From NCBI GenBank assembly GCA_900315945.1, contig ONAZ01000007.1:13227-77226 (forward strand): a DNA stretch of 64,000 nt. Direction: 5' to 3'. Positions 18,810-28,627 of this stretch are shown in pieces. How positions within the stretch are numbered: position 1 is the first letter of the stretch; every line of letters starts with the position of its first letter. Origin of the DNA: an uncultured Lachnospiraceae bacterium. Lineage in GTDB: Bacteria > Bacillota > Clostridia > Lachnospirales > Lachnospiraceae. The notes below the pieces were generated by a model. That model was given only the letters and a program-made list of their open reading frames with translations, was not told where the DNA came from and made no database searches. The translations under genes were made by a program, and so were the position numbers.

Positions 18810-19853
18810 TTATAATTTAACTATCTTCATACAATTAGGTTGATGAACCTTAACAGGAGGTTTCCTCATAAGCGCGTATTTCCACTCATAATTGACCTCA
18901 AATGCTCTCATCTCATTAGAGTCATGATTAAGGGAAACAATATGCTTCCTATCAGGCATTATATTAATATACTTAGGATAATCCCCTGATACTCTTATAT
19001 CAAACTGAAATTCCAGCATTCCTGTCCTAACACTTCTCTTAAGGCAAGCAAGACTATTAACAGCATCAATAGATGCAAATATATATTCCTCGTCTCTACT
19101 TATCTCAAGAGTTGCTGCTGCCGCAGTCATATATGTGTCCTTAATAACGGACACAGCTTGTATCTCATCGAATTCTATCTTGTCGGCATTTTCCTCAATG
19201 CTATATACAACTATCTTATTTCGCTTCTCTGATAACAGGTACAGGAACTTATTGTCTTTAGAAATACGGACCATTCTAGGCAATGTACCAAATGGGCATC
19301 TAATGATATTAGCTTCTTTCAGTTCTCCCCTATCGTAATCAATCTCATATACAACCACCTGGTCAATTCCATAATCCACGGTATATAGATATTTCTCATC
19401 AGGGGATAATTCCACACATGTAATCTTAGGCTCTAGTCTTGTCTCAACAGAACTTATACCAAGGCCTTCATGAAACAGACCACAGGCTATTTCACCCACA
19501 CTTCCATCCTCTAACAGATTCATCATAGTAACTCTGCCATCATGATATCCACCAACGAAGAGATATCTATTCTTAGAATCAACGGCCAGATAACAGCCCC
19601 TCATTCCGCCAATCCACTGAGTATTAATATGAGTAAGGTTGCCATCTTCCTCTATACGAAATGAAGCAACACCTTCATCAACAATTGAATACAGGAATTT
19701 CTTATCAGCTGATGCAATAAGATAAGAAGGATTGTGAACATCCACTTCTCCTTTGTATGTAAATTCACATTCATCTATATCTACATCATAGATTTGAATT
19801 CCTTTACTATTGTTGTTAGTATAACTCCCAACATATGCAACGTATTTTGCCAT
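18810..19853 (-). CDS. lactonase-family beta-propeller protein (6-phosphogluconolactonase-like)
   Basis: 347 aa, Pgl/YbhE-like 7-bladed propeller sequence character with repeated YxxV/D blades. No signal peptide. Confidence 0.65.
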   Translation of the reverse strand: MAKYVAYVGSYTNNNSKGIQIYDVDIDECEFTYKGEVDVHNPSYLIASADKKFLYSIVDEGVASFRIEEDGNLTHINTQWIGGMRGCYLAVDSKNRYLFVGGYHDGRVTMMNLLEDGSVGEIACGLFHEGLGISSVETRLEPKITCVELSPDEKYLYTVDYGIDQVVVYEIDYDRGELKEANIIRCPFGTLPRMVRISKDNKFLYLLSEKRNKIVVYSIEENADKIEFDEIQAVSVIKDTYMTAAAATLEISRDEEYIFASIDAVNSLACLKRSVRTGMLEFQFDIRVSGDYPKYINIMPDRKHIVSLNHDSNEMRAFEVNYEWKYALMRKPPVKVHQPNCMKIVKL

Positions 19854-19855
19854 AG

Positions 19856-21079
19856 CTAGTCTTCCCTTCTTCTTAAGATGTCATATTTATCAAGTTCCAT
19901 TCCAAGGTCAATCCAAAGAACTTCCTTAGGATGAGGTGCACTTTCAACCTCTGTTCCCTTCTCATTAAGGATTCTTTTTACTTCAACTTCTATGTTGTCA
20001 CCATTAGGTTTCATAACTTCTATAGTTTCACCAACTGAGAATTTATTTCTTTGTTCTATTCTATATAGTCCATCCTTACAATCACCTACAATTCCAAGAT
20101 AGGTGTATTCTCGTATATATGTATTGTTATCATAAATCTGGCTCTCATGAGTAGGCTTACCAAAGAAGAAGCCTGTTGTAAATTGACGATATGTACAATT
20201 AGAGATTTGATCCAGATACCAAGGCATATTCTTCTCATACAGTTTCGGATCTTCTAGATAATCATCAATAGCTTTACGATAAGTCCTTGCCACAGTTGCA
20301 ACATATAACGCTGTCTTCATTCTTCCTTCAATCTTAAAGCTATCAATTCCTGCATCAATTAATTCAGGAATATGCTCAATCATACATAAGTCTTTAGAAT
20401 TGAATATATAGGTGCCTCTCTCATTCTCATATACAGGCAAATACTCTCCCGGTCTTTGTTCTTCCATAACATGGTATTTCCATCTACAAGGATGTGTGCA
20501 CTCTCCATGGTTTGCATCTCTTCCTGTAAAATAATTACTAAGAAGACACCTTCCTGAATATGAAATACACATTGCACCATGAATAAATGTCTCAATCTCT
20601 AAATCATCAGGAATATTATTTCTCAATTCCTTAATCTCATCCATAGATAATTCTCTAGCAGAAACTACGCGCTTTGCACCTAATTTATGCCAGAAATTAT
20701 ATGTCCCATAATTAGTATTATTAGCCTGTGTACTAATATGTATCTCAACTTCAGGCCATACTTCTTTAGCAATAGAAAATACCCCTGGATCTGATATTAT
20801 AAGGGCGTCAACACCTATATCTTTTAATTCTTCGAAATACTCATATGCAAGTGGCAAATCTTCATTGTGGGCGAGAATATTAGCAGTAACATAGACTTTA
20901 ACATTTCTTTCATGAGCAAATTCTACACCCTTTCTCATATCATCTGATGAGAAATTCTTAGCCTTAGCTCTAAGTCCATATACATCTCCGCCAATATATA
21001 CTGCATCAGCGCCAAATATAACAGCTTCTTTTAACACTTCTAATGAACTAGCAGGCACAAGTAATTCTACACGCCTCAT
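19856..21079 (-). CDS. U32-family peptidase-like protein (YrrN/YrrO-TrhP-like, tRNA ho5U-hydroxylation associated)
   Basis: U32 motifs (ELLVPA...GADAVYIGG, E.FIHGAMCISYSGRCLLS). The ORF-track start is TTG; re-assigned to ATG MRRVELL after a GGAG RBS. It sits next to a TrmR-like methyltransferase, as in B. subtilis yrrMNO. Confidence 0.8.
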   Translation of the reverse strand: MRRVELLVPASSLEVLKEAVIFGADAVYIGGDVYGLRAKAKNFSSDDMRKGVEFAHERNVKVYVTANILAHNEDLPLAYEYFEELKDIGVDALIISDPGVFSIAKEVWPEVEIHISTQANNTNYGTYNFWHKLGAKRVVSARELSMDEIKELRNNIPDDLEIETFIHGAMCISYSGRCLLSNYFTGRDANHGECTHPCRWKYHVMEEQRPGEYLPVYENERGTYIFNSKDLCMIEHIPELIDAGIDSFKIEGRMKTALYVATVARTYRKAIDDYLEDPKLYEKNMPWYLDQISNCTYRQFTTGFFFGKPTHESQIYDNNTYIREYTYLGIVGDCKDGLYRIEQRNKFSVGETIEVMKPNGDNIEVEVKRILNEKGTEVESAPHPKEVLWIDLGMELDKYDILRRRED

Positions 21080-21092
21080 TATTATCTCCAAT

Positions 21093-21734
21093 CTATCTCA
21101 CTACAGTTAATGCCACACCATCTCCAACTGAGAGAATTGTGGTATCATATCTTTCATCCTGACATAATTCATAGAGGTAATCTCTAATTCTCTTATGAAT
21201 AGTCCTGTTTCTTCTATCTACAATAAAATGTGATTCCAGAATATCCCCATCTTGCAATACATTATCAGTAACAATAACAGACCCAGACTCAGTTAACCTC
21301 TCAATATCAGGCAAGAAATTAATATATTGCCCCTTAGCCGCATCCATAAATACGAAATCAAATGTATCATCAATTTCTTTCAATACATCCTGTGCATCGC
21401 CTTCTATAAGAGTAATCCTGTCTTCCATACCAGCTCTCTTAATATTCTCTCTGGCTATAGGGATTCTCTTATCATAGTTCTCTATTGTAGTAATTGTACA
21501 ATCATCATCTGTAAACTCACCCATAAGAATTGCTGAAAAGCCTATAGCTGTCCCAACCTCAAGTATTTTCTTAGGTCTATTCATTGTTAGAAGAGTTCTA
21601 AGAAGATATTGCATATCTTTTCTTATAATTGGTACGTATGAGGCAATAGCTTCCTTCTCAATAAGATTAAGTAATTCAGTATTATCTCTCTCTATAGAAT
21701 TTAAATATATGCTTAGTCTTTCACTGTCAATCAT
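21093..21734 (-). CDS. class I SAM-dependent O-methyltransferase (YrrM/TrmR-like)
   Basis: Caffeoyl-CoA-O-MTase-like family sequence (ILEVGTAIGFSAILM, FVFMDAAKGQY). Adjacent to the U32 gene. Confidence 0.75.
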   Translation of the reverse strand: MIDSERLSIYLNSIERDNTELLNLIEKEAIASYVPIIRKDMQYLLRTLLTMNRPKKILEVGTAIGFSAILMGEFTDDDCTITTIENYDKRIPIARENIKRAGMEDRITLIEGDAQDVLKEIDDTFDFVFMDAAKGQYINFLPDIERLTESGSVIVTDNVLQDGDILESHFIVDRRNRTIHKRIRDYLYELCQDERYDTTILSVGDGVALTVVR

Positions 21735-21736
21735 AA

Positions 21737-23395
21737 TTAAATTTCCATAATTATAGGCATTATCATTGGACGTCTCTTAGTTTCTTTCCATACGAAATCC
21801 CCAAGAGAATCTCTTATCTCACTTTTAATCTTACCCCAGTCAGTAATGTTTTTATCCATACATTTATCCATTGTATCATTAAGTACATGTCTTGCTTCTT
21901 CCATAAGGTCCTCTGCACCTTTTACATATACAAAACCACGGGATACAATATCTGGACCTGCAAGAACCTGTCCACTACCGCCTTCTAATGTCATTACAAC
22001 AATAATTATTCCATCTTCTGCAAGATGCTGTCTATCACGAAGTACAATATTACCAACATCACCTACACCTAGTCCATCAACCATGATTGAACCGGTATGA
22101 ACATGATCAACAACCTTCGCCTCTTCTTCATCAAGCTCCAACACATCCCCTGAGGATAGAATAAATATATCATCAGAACTATATCCAAGATTAGAAGCTA
22201 TGCGAGCATGAGCTTTAAGATGTTTGTATTCTCCATGAACAGGAATAACATACTTTGGATTAACAAGAGAATATATTAGCTTAAGTTCTTCCTGACAGGC
22301 ATGACCTGATACATGGGCATCCTGGATTACAACCTCAGCACCACGTCTTTCTAACTCATTAATTACCTTTGACACAGCCTTCTCATTTCCCGGAATTGGA
22401 TGTGATGAGAAAATGATTGTATCATTAGGCTTAATTGTCACTTTCCTATGGGTACCATTAGCCATACGAGACAAGGCAGCCATGGATTCTCCCTGACTTC
22501 CTGTTGTAATAAGACAAGTCTGTTCATCAGAATAATTCTTTAATTGATCTATATCAACAAGGGTATATTCAGGCACTTTTAGATATCCAAGTTCAGAAGC
22601 TGTTGCTATGATATTTACCATACTACGACCTTCCACAACAACTTTTCTTCCATATTTGTGAGCTGAATTAATAATCTGTTGCACTCTGTCAACATTTGAT
22701 GCAAAAGTTGCAATAATAATTCTTGTTGACTTATGGTTCTCAAAAAGTTCGTCAAAGGTCTTACCAACAGTCTTCTCCGATGGCGTAAATCCCGGTCTCT
22801 CTGCATTAGTACTATCTGCCATCATTGCAAGAACACCTTTCTTGCCAAGCTCTGCAAATCTGGTAAGATCTATGGCATCACCAAACACTGGTGTATAATC
22901 AACCTTAAAGTCTCCAGTATGCACAACAACACCTGCCGGCGAATAAATCGCAAATGCAGCTGCATCCTGAATACTATGATTAGTCTTAATAAATTCAACA
23001 CGAAAATCCCCAAGATTAATCTGATTACCATACTTTACAACTTTACGCTTCACAGAAGAACCAAGGCCGTGTTCATGTAGTTTATTATCAATTAAACCTA
23101 TTGTTAGCTTTGTCGCATAAATTGGAGCATTGATTTCTTTGAAAACATATGGTATCGCGCCGATATGATCTTCATGTCCGTGAGTTATAAAGAAACCTTT
23201 AATCTTGTCTTCATTATCCTTTAGATAAGTAATATCCGGAATAACAAGATCTACTCCTAACATATCTGTCTCCGGAAAGGCAAGTCCACAATCAACAACG
23301 ATAATACTGTCCCCATATTCGAATACAGTAATATTCATTCCGATTGCCTCTAAACCTCCCAAAGGAATTATTTTAAGTTTTTTGTTTTCTGACAA
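21737..23395 (-). CDS. rnj: ribonuclease J
   Basis: Metallo-beta-lactamase HxHxDH motif (FITHGHEDHIGAIPY), beta-CASP and C-terminal domains. Full-length similarity to RNase J1/J2. Confidence 0.92.
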   Translation of the reverse strand: MSENKKLKIIPLGGLEAIGMNITVFEYGDSIIVVDCGLAFPETDMLGVDLVIPDITYLKDNEDKIKGFFITHGHEDHIGAIPYVFKEINAPIYATKLTIGLIDNKLHEHGLGSSVKRKVVKYGNQINLGDFRVEFIKTNHSIQDAAAFAIYSPAGVVVHTGDFKVDYTPVFGDAIDLTRFAELGKKGVLAMMADSTNAERPGFTPSEKTVGKTFDELFENHKSTRIIIATFASNVDRVQQIINSAHKYGRKVVVEGRSMVNIIATASELGYLKVPEYTLVDIDQLKNYSDEQTCLITTGSQGESMAALSRMANGTHRKVTIKPNDTIIFSSHPIPGNEKAVSKVINELERRGAEVVIQDAHVSGHACQEELKLIYSLVNPKYVIPVHGEYKHLKAHARIASNLGYSSDDIFILSSGDVLELDEEEAKVVDHVHTGSIMVDGLGVGDVGNIVLRDRQHLAEDGIIIVVMTLEGGSGQVLAGPDIVSRGFVYVKGAEDLMEEARHVLNDTMDKCMDKNITDWGKIKSEIRDSLGDFVWKETKRRPMIMPIIMEI

Positions 23396-23414
23396 TTTTT
23401 ACCTCCATTCTTTG

Positions 23415-23690
23415 TCATATCAAATCCGTATCTTCTACTAGCTCCCCAAAAATCTTTATTAAGGCTTCATATTCATCGTCCTCTTCTACTGGAACAAATG
23501 TAATATCTTTATCATCTTCATTTATCTCTTTGAAAATGTAAGCTTCTGATTCATCAGAGTCATCTTCTGCAACAAGAAGATATCTATTCTCTTTTAAAGT
23601 TGTCTCTTCAATAACGTATAATTCAACTTCTTCGTTATTATCTACATCAAAGAAGGATATTTTTTCTAACTTTTTATTCTGTTCTGACAT
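23415..23690 (-). CDS. DUF1292-family acidic protein (YrzB-like)
   Basis: Small acidic protein immediately downstream of ruvX, in the same order as yrzL-yrrK-yrzB. ORF-track start is TTG; set to ATG MSEQNKK after a GGAGAAAG RBS. Confidence 0.6.
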   Translation of the reverse strand: MSEQNKKLEKISFFDVDNNEEVELYVIEETTLKENRYLLVAEDDSDESEAYIFKEINEDDKDITFVPVEEDDEYEALIKIFGELVEDTDLI

Positions 23691-23711
23691 GCTTTCTCCA
23701 AACTGCAAATG

Positions 23712-24149
23712 TTACGATTTATCTAGTTCATCTAGAAATCCCTGTAATATAACCATTGCTGCAACTTCATCTACATATTCTTTATGATTAACAGACTTTA
23801 TACCGCACTCATCAAGAATTTCATGGGCTTCAAAACTAGATAATCTCTCATCAAAATAATTAACTTTAAGTCCTGTTCTATTCTCTAACTTAGTGCCGAA
23901 CTCTCTTGTCTTTTGGCAACGCTCACCCTCAGAACCATCCATATTCATAGGAAGTCCTAACACTATTTCATCAACGTCATATTGATTAATGAGTTCATCT
24001 ATTCTTCCTAAGGTCTTTCGAATCTTACTTTCACGCTCTCTCTTAATAATCTCAAGACCTTGTGCACTCATAAGTAAAGGGTCACTAATAGCAACCCCTA
24101 CCGTCTTAGAACCGAAATCTAATCCAAGATAACGTTTATTTTCTTTCAT
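23712..24149 (-). CDS. ruvX: Holliday-junction resolvase-like RuvX/YqgF
   Basis: LGLDFGSKTVGVAISD N-terminus and the RNase H-like YqgF family. The start, at the internal ATG (MKENKRY...), overlaps the ireB stop. Confidence 0.88.
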   Translation of the reverse strand: MKENKRYLGLDFGSKTVGVAISDPLLMSAQGLEIIKRERESKIRKTLGRIDELINQYDVDEIVLGLPMNMDGSEGERCQKTREFGTKLENRTGLKVNYFDERLSSFEAHEILDECGIKSVNHKEYVDEVAAMVILQGFLDELDKS

Positions 24150-24415
24150 TATTGATACCAAGCCTCTGAATTAATATATTCTCTAAGAAGCTCTTCAACT
24201 AATTCGTCCTTCTCCACTTTCATAATAAGACTTCTTGCATTTTTATGACTTGTTATAAAAGTTGGATCACCTGACATAATATATCCGACTATCTGATTAA
24301 CTGGATTATAGCCTTTCTCAGATAATGCCTCATATACGTCTTTAATAATATCCTTAACTGATACCTGAGGCTCATTTTTAATTCTAAAAAATTGAGTGTT
24401 TCCTAAATCTTGCAT
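24149..24415 (-). CDS. ireB: IreB-family regulatory phosphoprotein (UPF0297/YrzL)
   Basis: 88 aa with YrzL-like sequence, located upstream of ruvX as in the Bacilli. Confidence 0.75.
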   Translation of the reverse strand: MQDLGNTQFFRIKNEPQVSVKDIIKDVYEALSEKGYNPVNQIVGYIMSGDPTFITSHKNARSLIMKVEKDELVEELLREYINSEAWYQ

Positions 24416-24470
24416 ATTTCCTTCATCCTTTACATAAAAACCGACTATCTTATTGTTTATTTTATATCAA

Positions 24471-25805
24471 TTAAGATATTTTTTCAACTAAGAGGTAATT
24501 ATTATATACTTTAGAGCCAACTCCCTTAATAAATGTATTAGATAAATCCTCGTCACTTCTAACTAATACCCTTACATATTCCTTCGTATATCCTTGATAA
24601 TACTCGGCATTATCAACAATTACCTTTTCTTCCATTAAGGCTTCTATCTTCTTTCCAACATACATTTTCCTATAATCATCAGACATTATTTTATCAAGTT
24701 CTAGTAGCTTATTACTTCTATCTGTCTTAACCTTCTCATCAATCTGATTATCCATTCTGTCTGCTCTTGTTCCTTTCCTTCTGCTGTATTTGAATACATG
24801 CATCTCGAAGAAATGTACTTTAGAAAGGAAATTATAGGTCTCTTCAAACTCTTCTTCTGTTTCTCCAGGAAATCCTACAATTACATCTGTAGTTATAGCA
24901 GGATCATTAAAGTACTCCCTTAGGAGTATGCAACTGTTATAGTACTCTTCTGTTGTATATTTTCTATTCATTCTCTTAAGGACACTATCGCTTCCACTTT
25001 GTAATGACAAATGAAAATGAGGACAAATCTTATCCACCTTGCTAAGGCGCTTAAGAAAATCTCTTGTAATAATTCTTGGTTCTAAGGAACTAAGTCTTAT
25101 TCTCTCAACTCCATGTATAGTATTAATACTTTCAATTAAGTCAATAAGATACAGCTTACCGCCACTTGTCTCATCACAATAAGAAGATACATGAATACCA
25201 GTTAGCACAAACTCTTTGCAGCCTTTACTTGCTAATAATGATATCTCATTTATTACATCATCAAAACTTCTTGAACGAACTCTTCCCCTTGCGTAAGGAA
25301 TTATGCAATAACTACAGAATTCATTGCAGCCATCCTGAATCTTAATAAATGCTCTTGTATGACTAGGGACACTATCAAGAAGCAGATTTTCATAGTCTTT
25401 TTTTCCATCATTAATATCTTCGCAGTCAATAAGCTTTCTTTCACCATTTGAAGCATCATTATCCCTAAGATACTTATTGATATCTTCTACTATATTTTGC
25501 TTTCTGTTATTGCCAATCACAATATCAGCATTTATTTTATTTCGTTCTTCGTCAGATATACTTTGCACAAAACATCCCATTGCAACAACAATAGCCTTAG
25601 GATTTCTCTTTCTTGCTCTATTAATCATCTGTCGTGATTTTCTATCTGCAATATTGGTTACAGAGCAAGTGTTAACAATATATACATCTGCAAATTCATC
25701 AAATCCAACAATCTTGTAATCGTTATTTTTAAGTAAATCTATTACTGCTTCTAATTCATATGAATTAACTTTACATCCAAGATTATGATATGCCGCTTTT
25801 TTCAT
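24471..25805 (-). CDS. mtaB: MiaB-family radical SAM methylthiotransferase (tRNA t6A37 methylthiotransferase MtaB-like)
   Basis: N-terminal MTTase cysteines (GCKVN...NTCSV), a radical-SAM CxxxCxxC (CNEFCSYC) and a C-terminal TRAM domain. Synteny with prmA-rsmE-mtaB. Confidence 0.8.
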   Translation of the reverse strand: MKKAAYHNLGCKVNSYELEAVIDLLKNNDYKIVGFDEFADVYIVNTCSVTNIADRKSRQMINRARKRNPKAIVVAMGCFVQSISDEERNKINADIVIGNNRKQNIVEDINKYLRDNDASNGERKLIDCEDINDGKKDYENLLLDSVPSHTRAFIKIQDGCNEFCSYCIIPYARGRVRSRSFDDVINEISLLASKGCKEFVLTGIHVSSYCDETSGGKLYLIDLIESINTIHGVERIRLSSLEPRIITRDFLKRLSKVDKICPHFHLSLQSGSDSVLKRMNRKYTTEEYYNSCILLREYFNDPAITTDVIVGFPGETEEEFEETYNFLSKVHFFEMHVFKYSRRKGTRADRMDNQIDEKVKTDRSNKLLELDKIMSDDYRKMYVGKKIEALMEEKVIVDNAEYYQGYTKEYVRVLVRSDEDLSNTFIKGVGSKVYNNYLLVEKIS

Positions 25806-25910
25806 TTAAGGGATTTTCTCCTTACTTATTAGTTAATTATTGACTTTTATGCAAATAACATTTAGGATATTCATATATAATATAATAATAATATGTGGGA
25901 GGTTATAGAA

Positions 25911-26141
25911 ATGACTAAAATACAAATTTCTCTTAATTCAATTGACAAGGTAAAGTCCTTTGTTAATACAATTGCAACTTTTGATACAGATTTCGACCTT
26001 GTGTCTGGAAGATATGTTATTGATGCAAAGTCAATTATGGGTATCTTCTCATTAGATTTATCTAAACCAATTGAACTTGCAATTCATTCAGAAAAAGATG
26101 TGGATGCTATTCTTCAAGCATTAGAACCATACACAATCTAA
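25911..26141 (+). CDS. HPr-family phosphocarrier-like protein lacking His15 (Crh-like; Ser46 region retained)
   Basis: Aligns with HPr/Crh: KSIMGIFSL matches the Ser46 region KSIMGVMSL. The His15 region GIHARPA is replaced by SIDKVKS. GGGAGG RBS upstream and a strong terminator downstream. Confidence 0.65.
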   Translation: MTKIQISLNSIDKVKSFVNTIATFDTDFDLVSGRYVIDAKSIMGIFSLDLSKPIELAIHSEKDVDAILQALEPYTI

Positions 26142-26162
26142 TTATAATATAATTAATAAGTG

Positions 26163-26190
26163 GCACGAGCATAGCTCGTGCTTTTTTATT
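26163..26190 (+). terminator. rho-independent terminator
   Basis: GCACGAGC-ata-GCTCGTGC followed by TTTTTTATT. Confidence 0.7.
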
Positions 26191-26232
26191 AGAAACAATA
26201 TCTCTAGCATCGAGAGTTGTTATATAATCACG

Positions 26233-27420
26233 TTAGTTACCATCCACGACAATTACTTCAGTGGTATTATATGCTTCTTCTAAGAGGCCATCTATAACGT
26301 CGTCTAATCTCGTCTCCGACTTCTTAATTCTCTCAAGTTTTGGCTTTGTTACGGGATGCTTTGCAACAAATATTGTACAGCAATCCTCATATGGCTGAAT
26401 TGAGGTCTCATATGTGTCTATCTTCTCGGACACTTTAATAATCTCCTGCTTATCAAATCCAATAAGAGGTCTATAGACTGGAAGGGTGCACACTTCGTTA
26501 GTTGTATAGAGAGACTGCATTGTCTGGGATGCAACTTGCCCTATACTTTCCCCTGTAATAAGACCAAGACAATTATCTTCCATAGCAAAATGTTCCGCAA
26601 TCTTCATCATATATCGTCTCATAATAATTGTTAATTCATCATGAGGACATTTCTCATAAATTGCAAGTTGAATGTCAGTAAAGTTAACAATATTAAGTTT
26701 TATTGGGCCTGCATATCTTGCCACATATTTTGCAAGATCAATAACCTTCTGCTTCGCACGTTCAGAAGTATATGGTGGCGCATGAAAATAAGTTGCCTCA
26801 AGCTCAACACCTCTCTTAGCAATCATATATCCTGCAACTGGAGAATCAATTCCTCCAGATAATAGAAGCATTGCTTTTCCTGCAGTTCCAACAGGCATTC
26901 CCATTGGACCTTCGATTTCCTTGCAATAGAAATTAATGCTTTCTCTTATTTCTACATGAATCATTACATCAGGATTATGTACATCTACCTTAAGATCAGG
27001 GAATGCATCAAGAAGCTTCTCACCGAGAGATGCATTAATCTCCATAGAGTCAATAGGATAATCCTTTCTTGCTCTTCTAGCCTTTACCTTGAAAGTAAAA
27101 TTCTTATCATCATATTCTTTATCAATATAATCTATTATTTGCTCTGCTAACCTGTCAAAGCCTTCATCCTCAGTTATTACAGCAGGACAGATTCCTGTGA
27201 TTCCAAAGACTTTAGTTAATCGGTTAATAGCTTCGTCATAGTCATAATCGCCATCAACAGTAATAAAGACTCTTCCCTGCTCTTTATAGACCTGGAAATC
27301 TCCATCCACATTTGCAAGAGATTCTTTAATTCGGCGAACTAATGCATCCTCGAATACATATCTGTTCTTACCCTTTATCCCAATCTCTGCATATTTTATT
27401 ACAAATGCACTTGTTAACAT
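26233..27420 (-). CDS. thiI: tRNA 4-thiouridine synthase ThiI
   Basis: THUMP domain followed by a PP-loop SGGIDSPVA. Confidence 0.9.
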   Translation of the reverse strand: MLTSAFVIKYAEIGIKGKNRYVFEDALVRRIKESLANVDGDFQVYKEQGRVFITVDGDYDYDEAINRLTKVFGITGICPAVITEDEGFDRLAEQIIDYIDKEYDDKNFTFKVKARRARKDYPIDSMEINASLGEKLLDAFPDLKVDVHNPDVMIHVEIRESINFYCKEIEGPMGMPVGTAGKAMLLLSGGIDSPVAGYMIAKRGVELEATYFHAPPYTSERAKQKVIDLAKYVARYAGPIKLNIVNFTDIQLAIYEKCPHDELTIIMRRYMMKIAEHFAMEDNCLGLITGESIGQVASQTMQSLYTTNEVCTLPVYRPLIGFDKQEIIKVSEKIDTYETSIQPYEDCCTIFVAKHPVTKPKLERIKKSETRLDDVIDGLLEEAYNTTEVIVVDGN

Positions 27421-27429
27421 AGTATTCTC

Positions 27430-28584
27430 CTACCTCCTAGTATATTTCATAAGCTTAGGTATAATGTCTTCTAACACATCACATGCATAGTCAATTTCTT
27501 CCATGGTATTGTAAATGCTAAAACTAAAACGAACTGTCTTATCAAGCATTTCCTTAGGAACACTTATTGCCTGTAAAGTTCTGCTGATAGCTGGCTTATT
27601 AGAAGAGCAGGCTGAACCTGCAGATACATAGATTTCTTTATCTTCAAGGCTGTGAAGTACAACTTCAGCCCTAACATCTCTAATGCTTACACTTACAATA
27701 TTAGGGGCACTAGAGTCATCAGTCTTTCCATTAATAGTTGCAAAATCCATTTTCGAAACTCTATCTACAAAATGTTCTTTTAACTTTCTTAGTTGTGATA
27801 CATTCTCTTCCATGTTATCACACATTAGAGATACAGCTTCTCCAAGTCCACTCTGAGAATACACATTTTCAGTACCAGAACGAAGACCTCTCTCCTGTCC
27901 ACCACCATATATAATAGGCCTAATCTTAATTCCCTGCTTCACATACAAGAAGCCACTACCCTTAGGGCCGTGAATCTTATGTCCACTAACAGACAACAAA
28001 TCAATATTCATCCTCTTTGGATTGATGCTATATTTGCCAAAGGATTGAATAGCATCAACGTGAAAGAGACAATTAGAATTATGTTTCTTAATAATACGAC
28101 CAATATCTTCAATTGGTTGGACAGCTCCAATCTCATTATTAACATGCATAATTGACACGAGAACAGTATCATCCCTTATACTCTCTTCAAGTTTACTTAA
28201 GGACACTATTCCATTACTATCACATGGTAAATATGTAATCTCAAAGCCCTCTTCTACTAGTTGCTTAAGGGGTTCATTAACAGAAGCATGCTCAATAGAA
28301 GACGTAATAATATGTCTTCCTGCCCGTTTATTAGCCATTGCACAACCAATTAAGGCCATATTATTAGATTCTGTTCCACCAGATGTAAATACAATCTCTT
28401 TCTCATTAGCTTTTAGAGATTTTGCAATAATCTGTCTTGCTTCACTAAGGATTTTCTCACCATCGAAACCAATATTGTGAAGAGAAGAAGGGTTGCCATA
28501 GTGCTCATTCATAACACTATTCATCTTCTCAATGACTGATGGTGCACATTTTGTTGTTGCTGAATTATCAAAATAACATATCAT
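27430..28584 (-). CDS. cysteine desulfurase (NifS/IscS class V aminotransferase), paired with thiI
   Basis: PLP-lysine motif SGHKIHGPKG and the active-site region GSACSS. Confidence 0.88.
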   Translation of the reverse strand: MICYFDNSATTKCAPSVIEKMNSVMNEHYGNPSSLHNIGFDGEKILSEARQIIAKSLKANEKEIVFTSGGTESNNMALIGCAMANKRAGRHIITSSIEHASVNEPLKQLVEEGFEITYLPCDSNGIVSLSKLEESIRDDTVLVSIMHVNNEIGAVQPIEDIGRIIKKHNSNCLFHVDAIQSFGKYSINPKRMNIDLLSVSGHKIHGPKGSGFLYVKQGIKIRPIIYGGGQERGLRSGTENVYSQSGLGEAVSLMCDNMEENVSQLRKLKEHFVDRVSKMDFATINGKTDDSSAPNIVSVSIRDVRAEVVLHSLEDKEIYVSAGSACSSNKPAISRTLQAISVPKEMLDKTVRFSFSIYNTMEEIDYACDVLEDIIPKLMKYTRR

Positions 28585-28627
28585 AGTTTGTCATGTCCTT
28601 TTTTTGTATATTTCATAGTAGATTATG

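Noticed and set aside
26150-26232. Hairpin at 26163-26190 as a terminator for thiI as well
   Set aside because: On the minus strand the stem is not followed by a U-tract, so only the plus-strand HPr-like gene is credited with it.
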